Shown: one piece after another, positions 30,532 to 37,611 of the stretch | How the letters are laid out: each line of letters begins with the position of its first letter | Position numbering within the stretch: the first letter of the stretch is position 1 | Source: a virus | Taxonomy: Duplodnaviria > Caudoviricetes | Direction: 5' to 3' (one strand) | Length of the DNA: 52,441 bases | Virus record (IMG/VR): IMGVR_UViG_3300030333_005141 | Coordinates: 1 to 52,441 of that record | Translations under genes and position numbers: made by a program | The notes under the pieces: generated by a model | The model's database searches: none | Told to the model about the DNA's origin: nothing | What the model saw: only the letters and a program-made list of their open reading frames with translations

Positions 30532-31081
30532 TCATAACAACGTTATTTGCAGGTTTACTCATATCTTCAGGAGCCTCTTTCAAGAAACCTTTAGATCTTA
30601 AAAACTCAATGTAACTTTCAAGCTCTTTTTCACTTCCAGCACTTACAGGTAGTACTTTGTTGTGAACTCTTGTATAAGCTTGTCCGTTTTTAGATAACTC
30701 TTTAAATATAAATATAGTTAGATTTACTCCACAATATTTATTTAAATGATCACAAATATTAGAAATTGGTTGACCATCTTCAGTTTCCCATTTTCCGTCT
30801 TGATTGACACCACCTTGTTCTCCAAGTGCATCTAGGAAAAATGTGATTCTTTTTAATAAAGTACAGTCTTTAATCCTGCCGTCTGCTTCTCTATCAAATG
30901 AACCTGCTATTTTCATAACTCTAGGATACTGAGAGCCTTCTACTTCAAATTCAACATTTAAGTAGACATCTGCCCAACTCCATTTACTTGAATCGTCAGT
31001 GATATTGACTATTTTACCTGTTTTTATTCCTAGCCAATCACCACCGCCTCCGCTTTTTATTTCAGAACGCATTATTGCCAT
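30476..31081 (-). CDS. Putative phage single-stranded DNA-binding protein
   Basis: OB-like beta pattern with an acidic flexible tail; lies between the Sak4-like ATPase and the primase-helicase. Confidence 0.55.
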   Translation of the reverse strand: MAIMRSEIKSGGGGDWLGIKTGKIVNITDDSSKWSWADVYLNVEFEVEGSQYPRVMKIAGSFDREADGRIKDCTLLKRITFFLDALGEQGGVNQDGKWETEDGQPISNICDHLNKYCGVNLTIFIFKELSKNGQAYTRVHNKVLPVSAGSEKELESYIEFLRSKGFLKEAPEDMSKPANNVVMNGTDSENFDASGISVENL

Positions 31082-31945
31082 CTATTTTTCCTCCTTATAG
31101 GATTTTATTTCAGCTACTATTGATTCATAATCAAAAGGTAACTTCTTTTGTGCTAATGGTCTTAATCTAGAACCTACCATTCTTTCATCATAACCTTCGA
31201 ATGATACCATATATTCTTGAGTAGACCTGTCAATTGTTGCATAACCGATTACATCAGCTTTTGCACATAATGTTCTACCTAGTCCACTAGGTAATGAAGG
31301 TGCTAATTGAGCCTTATCATCTGTCATTGCTGTTTGTTTTGCATGAGATATTAATATTAAATTACCTCCAACTTTTTTCATAAAGTCTTGTAATTTCTTT
31401 ACAATATCTGCATTTTTACGTTTTGCTGCTGCCCAATCAGCTCCCCAGGATCCATCACCCATTTCCTTAATACCTAAATCAATTTTTACTACATCTTCAA
31501 TCCAAGAATTAACTTGGTCAATAGTATCAATTATTATAGTATCATAAGGGTATTTATCCCAGTTTTTCATTAAATCACTAGTAATTTCAGCAAGTGAATA
31601 AACTTCCATAGGTTTGCCTTTATTTGGCCCACCTCTAAAGTAATAACCTCTTTCATTATTTGGTACGTACTCAAGTACTGGTTTACCATTTTTCATTACT
31701 TTTTTACCGTCTTTTTCTTGCTCTCTTACTGGAGGATTTAATGCGTGACAAGTAACAACATTTGCACCATCTACAAAATCTGCTCCTAAGTCAGTGTCTA
31801 TTACTAAACATCCTTCATTTCCTTTAGGTGACCATTTTGCTGCTTGTGTTGTTTTACCTGATTTTGGTTGTCCAATGAAATACCAGGTTATACCACCTGG
31901 AAGATCTCCTGTCCAATCCGATTTTATTTGATTTACTTTTAGCAT
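31082..31945 (-). CDS. AAA_24 / Sak4-like ssDNA-annealing ATPase
   Basis: GQPKSGKT, IIIDTID, G.G.WG, LILISHA, ADVIGY. Confidence 0.8.
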   Translation of the reverse strand: MLKVNQIKSDWTGDLPGGITWYFIGQPKSGKTTQAAKWSPKGNEGCLVIDTDLGADFVDGANVVTCHALNPPVREQEKDGKKVMKNGKPVLEYVPNNERGYYFRGGPNKGKPMEVYSLAEITSDLMKNWDKYPYDTIIIDTIDQVNSWIEDVVKIDLGIKEMGDGSWGADWAAAKRKNADIVKKLQDFMKKVGGNLILISHAKQTAMTDDKAQLAPSLPSGLGRTLCAKADVIGYATIDRSTQEYMVSFEGYDERMVGSRLRPLAQKKLPFDYESIVAEIKSYKEEK

Positions 31946-31960
31946 ATTACTCCTAAATTT

Positions 31961-32184
31961 AGAGACACCTATCCCATTGTTTGAATAAACAGTTGTGCGA
32001 GTAGGATAGAGATAGATGTCTCTGATTACAAGGTAGAGCTAGCGCTTTAAATAGTGCCTATCTAGCTTTTAGTCTCGAGACCAGCAACTACCTTAGTTAT
32101 ACTTGTTATCCCAAGGGGGACGCCATCGCAAAGGGATCATACGACCTGCTAGATTTGCTTACAGGAGCATCTGGTGGAGGCGTC
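31961..32184. ncRNA. Three tandem structured elements between the E1 and Sak4-like genes (candidate structured RNA)
   Basis: Closing stems 31961-73/32011-23, 32030-36/32088-94 and 32119-24/32179-84, each with internal hairpins. Confidence 0.5.
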
Positions 32185-32193
32185 ACTTGCCCA

Positions 32194-32874
32194 TTAACAA
32201 GCTATTTCTTCTGTGATCTGTGGTTTTACGAGATTTTCCGTTCGTAAATTTACAGGACCTAACGACCCCCAAATATACGAATAATATAGGTTATTTTGCA
32301 ACACATTAAATGCTTGCGCTAACCCATATGATGCTGCCAAACCTCCACAAAATATGGTATGTTTAGCTGTGCATGATTCATCTGGAATATCTTTTGAAGG
32401 AACATAAGAATCCATGAAATAATCGTCATCTCTTGTAACGGTTATTATTTCAAACCCTAATGCTCCCATCCTCATATCAATCAGAAATTCTCTGTCTGGA
32501 TTTTCTTTCCATTGTTTATATACTGCAAGTCTACACTCCATATTATCGGGTGTAAGAAATACTTTATTTTCTAATGGTAATCCAGTTTGCCAAAATGTTG
32601 GACTTGCTTTGACATTACACTTACTATTTAATGTGTTAAGTGTTTCTTTTGCTGCTGTTACTTTAAAAAGATTTAAATACTTTTCTGGCCATGATGTTGT
32701 GGATAAATTATGTTCCTCTAACTGATCAGGGTCCCAGACAGTTATTTCTTTAAATCCCATTATTGCAGCATTTTGTAATAGGGCTGAACCAATACCTCCA
32801 GCCCCAATTACAGTAATCTTATCTAATCTTGATTGATCGATAAGGTCTTTGTTTCTAAGGTAACGATCTGCCAT
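32194..32874 (-). CDS. ThiF/E1-like Ubl-activating enzyme
   Basis: RYLR arginine finger, G24AGGIG, DPD..EEHNL, K71, PDN...R, IDMRMG; candidate catalytic C168 (ESCTAK); no Zn-binding CxxC pairs. Confidence 0.92.
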   Translation of the reverse strand: MADRYLRNKDLIDQSRLDKITVIGAGGIGSALLQNAAIMGFKEITVWDPDQLEEHNLSTTSWPEKYLNLFKVTAAKETLNTLNSKCNVKASPTFWQTGLPLENKVFLTPDNMECRLAVYKQWKENPDREFLIDMRMGALGFEIITVTRDDDYFMDSYVPSKDIPDESCTAKHTIFCGGLAASYGLAQAFNVLQNNLYYSYIWGSLGPVNLRTENLVKPQITEEIAC

Positions 32875-33748
32875 CTTCGTCTACTCCTATCTCTTCTAAG
32901 CGTTTATCTCTAACTTCTGTTTTTATTCTTCCTCTATCCCAATCTAGCATTATGTTGTCATATTCTATCCAAGTGCCATAGTCTAAAGGTTCTTCTTTTA
33001 AGCCATAAGATTGCATATATCCGATTTCATCAACATGGTCGTTGTATCGTTCTGCTTGTGCTTCTATTGCATCTTTTTCTTTTTTGGCTGAAAAAGCTTC
33101 TTTTTTGTTTAACTGATAACTAGATGAGTCAAAAAGAGTTCCTTGTTGCCGTCTTCCAAATCCATATCTTGTAATCGACAATGTTTTCTCTTCTTTTTTG
33201 GCGTTCTTTTTGATGTTCTTCTGCTGCTGTTTCCAGTCCTTATCTATATTGATAACTTCTTCAGCTTTGACATCAATTCCTTGAACAATTTCTATTTGTC
33301 CAAATTGATCGGGAAAACTAAAACCAAAGTAAAACTCTTTTTGTGGTTTAGTTGATACTACTAATGAGTAATAAAAGTTTTCATTAGCACCGTCTTCACA
33401 TTGTTGTTCATCAGTAGGTGAATAATATGCTCCCATACTATGATGTGAATGTATGTTTCCTTGTTCCCATTTTTTGCCAATTTCAGGATATTGTTTTCTT
33501 AATTTACCCCATATCTCTTGAAGTTTATCTCCATCCCAATCAGTTGATGTTGCATCACCTAAATGTAAGGGGTGAAAATACTCTAAAGTTATTTTTAAAG
33601 GGTATTTTTTCTTTCCAGGTAGATTTTGATATTCTACTGAATACCATGCTGGTCCAGACCATTCTCTACCTTTATTCTGTTGAAGAAAATAGCGTACCTT
33701 GTTCAACATTTGGTTGGTTATTAATAGTGAAGGTTTCTTTAAGCTCAC
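32855..33748 (-). CDS. JAB/JAMM (MPN+) metalloprotease, deubiquitinase-like
   Basis: E29 ... H100-S-H102-x7-S110-x2-D113 (HSHHSMGAYYSPTD). Confidence 0.9.
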   Translation of the reverse strand: MSLKKPSLLITNQMLNKVRYFLQQNKGREWSGPAWYSVEYQNLPGKKKYPLKITLEYFHPLHLGDATSTDWDGDKLQEIWGKLRKQYPEIGKKWEQGNIHSHHSMGAYYSPTDEQQCEDGANENFYYSLVVSTKPQKEFYFGFSFPDQFGQIEIVQGIDVKAEEVINIDKDWKQQQKNIKKNAKKEEKTLSITRYGFGRRQQGTLFDSSSYQLNKKEAFSAKKEKDAIEAQAERYNDHVDEIGYMQSYGLKEEPLDYGTWIEYDNIMLDWDRGRIKTEVRDKRLEEIGVDEDGRSLP

Positions 33749-35096
33749 GCTTTAACCTCCTTTCATCTTTGTTTAATTGTTCAAGTGATTTCTTTAAAGC
33801 TATACTTTTTAAGTTGTTATATTTAAATATCAATCCATCTGTATCTTCTGCAGTTTTTATTGACTTTAACCAACTTCTTCCATTAGCTTTATCAGGGTTG
33901 TTCTTTCTAAGCATTACAAGATATTGTCCTATTTTTGTACCAGCTGATTTTAATTCTCCAGCAAATTCATATTCTGTTGAATTATTCTCAAAAGGTTTAA
34001 GTAGTTCTTTTAACTCTTTAATATCTTCTTCATGCTCAGCTATAGTTGCGCTATATCTATCGCTTACTATCCATCTATATGAATTGCCTCTTCGTAATTC
34101 ATTTAGTTTATAAGCCATATCCCTTAATTTACCAGATAATTCTGGATCATTTATTCCATCAAAATCCATAAATAATTTTGTAAAGAATATTTTATTAAAG
34201 AATAAAGACTCAACAAGAGACATTTCCCCTATTTCCATAGCTAAATAAATATAACCCATCATCTTTTGATAGTTTACTTTATCTGAAAATCCATAATCCC
34301 CTTCATAAGAATATCTATTTAATTCACCTCTAGTGAAATGCTTAGTTCTTAGATAGGGTATATCAAAAAATCTAAATAATTCATTAAACTTTTTTGATAA
34401 ATGTCCTTGCACTTCAAATTTTCCATAACATGGAATATCTTTTGGAAAGTTCCATCGCATTGGATCTTCTCCTAAAGATACAATATCTAAAGAGTGAGGG
34501 TCATCTACTTCTGATTCAAAAGTTTCCCTTACCTCAATTGGTGTATGAAGTTGATATTTAATAAACTTCTTTTTCCAATGAGTTCCAGCTACATATGTAC
34601 TTCTACCATTATAAGATTCTAAATAGTTTCTTATATATTGTATAAATAATAGAAAATTTCTATTACTCCAATGTGTTGATAAATCTGTAGCAAATGAACC
34701 TAAGCAAGGTGATCCGTCAGATATATGAGGGTGTGATGCATATTCAGTTTTTATTTCAGTTCCATTTGTATATAAATAATAAAATTTAAATACTGGAGCT
34801 TCATCTATTACGGCTACATGTACCCAAAAATCTCCCATATGAAGATGTGGTCTATACTTAACAACAACATCTTTTATTTGTATGAGCGTTACATATTCTT
34901 GTATTACATCATTTGTGCCACTTTCTTGATTCCAAACATTCCTTGTAACGTTAACAACATCAAATTTATAGTTTTTCTCTATTAATTTTGCTTGTTTAGC
35001 ATAAGGTAATGGTGGAGCTTCAGAATGACTAAATGTAGAGTCCCATTCTAATAATGTTGTTTCTACTAAACTTAAGTCAAAAGGTTTAAGATCCAT
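33672..35096 (-). CDS. Prokaryotic E2-like Ubl-conjugating enzyme with long C-terminal extension
   Basis: H122PHISDGSPC131LG, analogous to E2 HPN-x7-C, followed by helices and YLESYN...Y; flanked by Ubl and JAB genes. Confidence 0.78.
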   Translation of the reverse strand: MDLKPFDLSLVETTLLEWDSTFSHSEAPPLPYAKQAKLIEKNYKFDVVNVTRNVWNQESGTNDVIQEYVTLIQIKDVVVKYRPHLHMGDFWVHVAVIDEAPVFKFYYLYTNGTEIKTEYASHPHISDGSPCLGSFATDLSTHWSNRNFLLFIQYIRNYLESYNGRSTYVAGTHWKKKFIKYQLHTPIEVRETFESEVDDPHSLDIVSLGEDPMRWNFPKDIPCYGKFEVQGHLSKKFNELFRFFDIPYLRTKHFTRGELNRYSYEGDYGFSDKVNYQKMMGYIYLAMEIGEMSLVESLFFNKIFFTKLFMDFDGINDPELSGKLRDMAYKLNELRRGNSYRWIVSDRYSATIAEHEEDIKELKELLKPFENNSTEYEFAGELKSAGTKIGQYLVMLRKNNPDKANGRSWLKSIKTAEDTDGLIFKYNNLKSIALKKSLEQLNKDERRLKRELKETFTINNQPNVEQGTLFSSTE

Positions 35097-35110
35097 ATAT
35101 TCTCCAATCT

Positions 35111-35170
35111 TAAAGAGAGAATGCTTGGGTCTCCTCCTCGACAGATTCCCAAGACTTACATCTCACTTTA
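35111..35170. promoter_or_regulatory. Long interrupted hairpin between the Ubl and E2 genes
   Basis: TAAAGAGAGA/TCTCACTTTA and CTTGGG/CCCAAG stems; ends just upstream of the E2 SD. Confidence 0.5.
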
Positions 35171-35185
35171 TATATTAATAGTTTA

Positions 35186-35431
35186 CTAGTTGCCTGACTT
35201 ATTCTTTGCTTTCATGATCAGAATAGTATCATTTTCTACTAGTTTACCTGCTGGTGGAACTGTTCTTTCATCACCGTCTTCTCCAATAACTTGCACTACA
35301 CTATCAGCCATATCCACATCATAAGCTCTTAATACATCGCTTAATTTCTCAAATTTACCTGCTTCTAGCTTGTTATTTTTATTCCATGATGAAACTTCTA
35401 CGTTTACACCGTTATTTGCTGTTCTAGGCAT
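35186..35431 (-). CDS. Ubiquitin-like (beta-grasp) protein
   Basis: 81 aa; beta-beta-alpha(KLSDVLRAY)-beta...LVENDTILI pattern typical of beta-grasp folds; ends KSGN; first gene of the E2-JAB-E1 cluster. Confidence 0.78.
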   Translation of the reverse strand: MPRTANNGVNVEVSSWNKNNKLEAGKFEKLSDVLRAYDVDMADSVVQVIGEDGDERTVPPAGKLVENDTILIMKAKNKSGN

Positions 35432-35432
35432 A

Positions 35433-35690
35433 TTACACCTTTTCTGAGGACGCTTGTGGTTTGTTTTGAGAATCAGGATTGTGTCCTCTTTTAAATCCTG
35501 TATCTCTTACATAACATCTGTTTTTAAAATCTCTAACAATTTCTATTGGTACAGTGTACTGAGCATTACATGCATCACATTTCCATACTTCCCACTCTAC
35601 ACCATCTCCATAATAGTTAAACATTAAATTATCAGGTATACAGCAACCATTTTTATTAGAGATGTCTTTAGTTTTTGGATATAACGTCAT
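35433..35690 (-). CDS. Hypothetical protein with Cys cluster (Zn-ribbon-like)
   Basis: AGGAGG SD; GCC...WKCDAC; ends 1 nt before the Ubl start. Confidence 0.6.
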   Translation of the reverse strand: MTLYPKTKDISNKNGCCIPDNLMFNYYGDGVEWEVWKCDACNAQYTVPIEIVRDFKNRCYVRDTGFKRGHNPDSQNKPQASSEKV

Positions 35691-35936
35691 ATATCCTCCT
35701 TACTTTATTAAGTGTTTTGTTAGTTTTAGTTAAATTTTTAAAGTGTTCACACACTCTAAACTTTATTATTTTATATATTGGCCAGTTATACCTAAGATAC
35801 TCTATTTGTTTTTCGTGTGTTTTCATATGATCTAAATAAAAAGCCCAAGGAACTGTTTTTTCTTCTTGGCCTGTATCAGTTTCTGGACTCCACCATTTTT
35901 TATAATTTGTATTGAAGTTATTCTCCTTTTAAATGT

Positions 35937-36240
35937 TAAGCAGCAGAGTCAGGATGTCTCAGGGGTTAGCGGACAGGCACTGGCAATATTCCTTTAATTA
36001 GGACCATGCTCTTGGCGGTCAGGCGATTACCTGGTGCAATCTTCTGCTGCTTATAAAATTAATAAATTATTGAAAGATTACACACGCCATTACAGGCGTC
36101 CCTTTAAAACTTCCCTACAACCTTAGCCCACAGCTCGTTTGTGGCTCCTCATCTTTCATTAAGCATACTCTAGTTTGACATAGATAGTTAATCTATCGGA
36201 CGCCTCTCGAGAGCTTATATCCGCCCCTAATTGGTATGCT
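35937..36240. ncRNA. Three tandem multibranch structured elements (candidate ncRNA)
   Basis: Perfect closing stems TAAGCAGCAGA 35937-47/36043-53, TGAAAGAT 36071-78/36151-58 and AGCATAC 36162-68/36234-40, each enclosing two or more hairpins; GC-rich, no ORF. Confidence 0.55.
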
Positions 36241-36247
36241 AGCAATC

Positions 36248-36346
36248 CTAAAATAACCATTTAACGATATAATACCATATAGTTGCACCTATTAGGAAAA
36301 TTCCTAAATAAATGAGCCAATTTGGTATATTAGATAAAAAATCCAT
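36248..36346 (-). CDS. Single-pass membrane microprotein (32 aa, not in ORF track)
   Basis: AGGAGG SD; MDFLSNIPNWLIYLGIFLIGATIWYYIVKWLF. Confidence 0.65.
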   Translation of the reverse strand: MDFLSNIPNWLIYLGIFLIGATIWYYIVKWLF

Positions 36347-36357
36347 TGATTCCTCCT

Positions 36358-36591
36358 TTATTTTAACATTAAATCTTTCTTTTTAGGTTTTACGTCCATA
36401 AGCTTAAAAGCTTCAAGTTTAGTCTTGATATAATTAATTTGTTTACCAAAACCGTTGTTTATTTCTATGGTTTCTTTAATATCATAGTGTAAATCTTTAT
36501 TAATTATAGATTTCATCACTATTCTGTGATCTTTTGCCATATCATCAAAAGAATTGTAATCAGTATTGTCTGATTTAGTATTATTTGCCAT
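36358..36591 (-). CDS. Hypothetical early protein
   Basis: GGAGG SD; TAATG coupling. Confidence 0.6.
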   Translation of the reverse strand: MANNTKSDNTDYNSFDDMAKDHRIVMKSIINKDLHYDIKETIEINNGFGKQINYIKTKLEAFKLMDVKPKKKDLMLK

Positions 36592-36899
36592 TATGCCTCC
36601 TTTAGCATCTTTTTAGTCTTTAAATACTGTCTTTTTGCATTTGTAAGTTCTTTAGGAATATCATTAGGTTTTAGACTGCTATTGTCTGCTATTAATCGAT
36701 TGATATACTGATCAGCAAGATCTTTTCTGTATTTTTCTTGTATATCTTTATAATATTGACTACGTAGCCTATAATTTGATACTCTATCATCACATTCACT
36801 ACATATAGTGTAGTTTGCTAAATGAGACAGCATATTTGGTAGTTTGAGTTTTTTGGGTTGCTTTTTTAAGTCTTCATTAAAACATTTTAAGCATCTCAT
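36591..36899 (-). CDS. Zn-finger-containing hypothetical protein
   Basis: ATG 36899 with GAGGAG SD; CLKC...CSEC, then LADQYI...IPKEL...KR. Confidence 0.6.
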   Translation of the reverse strand: MRCLKCFNEDLKKQPKKLKLPNMLSHLANYTICSECDDRVSNYRLRSQYYKDIQEKYRKDLADQYINRLIADNSSLKPNDIPKELTNAKRQYLKTKKMLKEA

Positions 36900-37018
36900 A
36901 TATTTACTCCTCTTTCTAATGTTCGAGGTAGGACAAATCACGAAAACCTACCTCAGGGTATACAGGGGGTAACCCTAGTCGGCAAACCTAGAATGGCTTG
37001 CGTAAAAGATGTGATTTT

Positions 37019-37204
37019 TTAATAAACTACTATGTTACTATTTGCTTCTTTATTTGCTCTTAATAAATTATCTATATCTTTATCTAATTTGATGCCATTA
37101 TTTGTTAAGAAGTATTTAACATCTATACCTGTTCTTAATTGAAGGATAATATTTAGCATATGTTGTGCTGTGTTACTCTGTAATATTTTCTTATTTAGCG
37201 TCAT
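37019..37204 (-). CDS. Hypothetical early protein
   Basis: GGAGG SD, 61 aa. Confidence 0.55.
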   Translation of the reverse strand: MTLNKKILQSNTAQHMLNIILQLRTGIDVKYFLTNNGIKLDKDIDNLLRANKEANSNIVVY

Positions 37205-37220
37205 ATAGCCTCCAAATTAA

Positions 37221-37323
37221 TAGAGAGTCGTGCTAATCCGCCACGTATGATTAGTTTTAAATAAGTTCGTCCACGGGACTTGCCCATGAGGCTCTTCTTA
37301 TTGGCTAATATCTTGACTCTCTA
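37221..37323. ncRNA. Multibranch structured element
   Basis: TAGAGAGTC/GACTCTCTA closing stem with internal CTAATC/GATTAG and AATAAG/CTTATT stems. Confidence 0.5.
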
Positions 37324-37371
37324 ATAGTTATCCTTTAAAGTTATACCACAATGCATATAACTGTTTTTTCT

Positions 37372-37590
37372 TCATTTTCTTGATTGACGCTTCCGATACT
37401 TCGGGATACCTTTTCCTCCAGTATTTGAGTGCCCATCTTTCAAGTTGAAATCTCTTTGAGTAGAGACATCTTCTTTGTTGCATGTTACTACTCCTTTCTG
37501 CATATGTTCATCATACGCTTTTTGCTGTAGTTCTTTTATAGTTAATTCCTCTAATTCTTTCATTCCTTCATAATAAATATGATCTTCCAT
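37372..37590 (-). CDS. Hypothetical early protein
   Basis: AGGAGG SD, 72 aa. Confidence 0.6.
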   Translation of the reverse strand: MEDHIYYEGMKELEELTIKELQQKAYDEHMQKGVVTCNKEDVSTQRDFNLKDGHSNTGGKGIPKYRKRQSRK

Positions 37591-37611
37591 ATATCCTCCT
37601 TGTTAATAAAA

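Noticed and set aside
32194-32874. ThiF/MoeB as an auxiliary thiamine or molybdopterin biosynthesis gene
   Set aside because: No thiG, moaE, rhodanese or sulfur-transfer genes; it lacks the Zn-binding CxxC pairs and is linked to E2 and JAB genes
33143-34113. Plus-strand ORFs 33143-33355 and 33418-34113
   Set aside because: Antisense shadows of the JAB and E2 genes, with no motifs
35120-35160. HDV-like (theta) ribozyme, suggested by CTCCTCCTCG
   Set aside because: I could not build the nested double pseudoknot or find the catalytic C strand; a simple hairpin explains the pairing and no tRNA is adjacent
35937-36240. tmRNA or CRISPR mini-array
   Set aside because: No tRNA-like acceptor/T-arm ends or tag reading frame recognised; no repeated direct-repeat units with spacers
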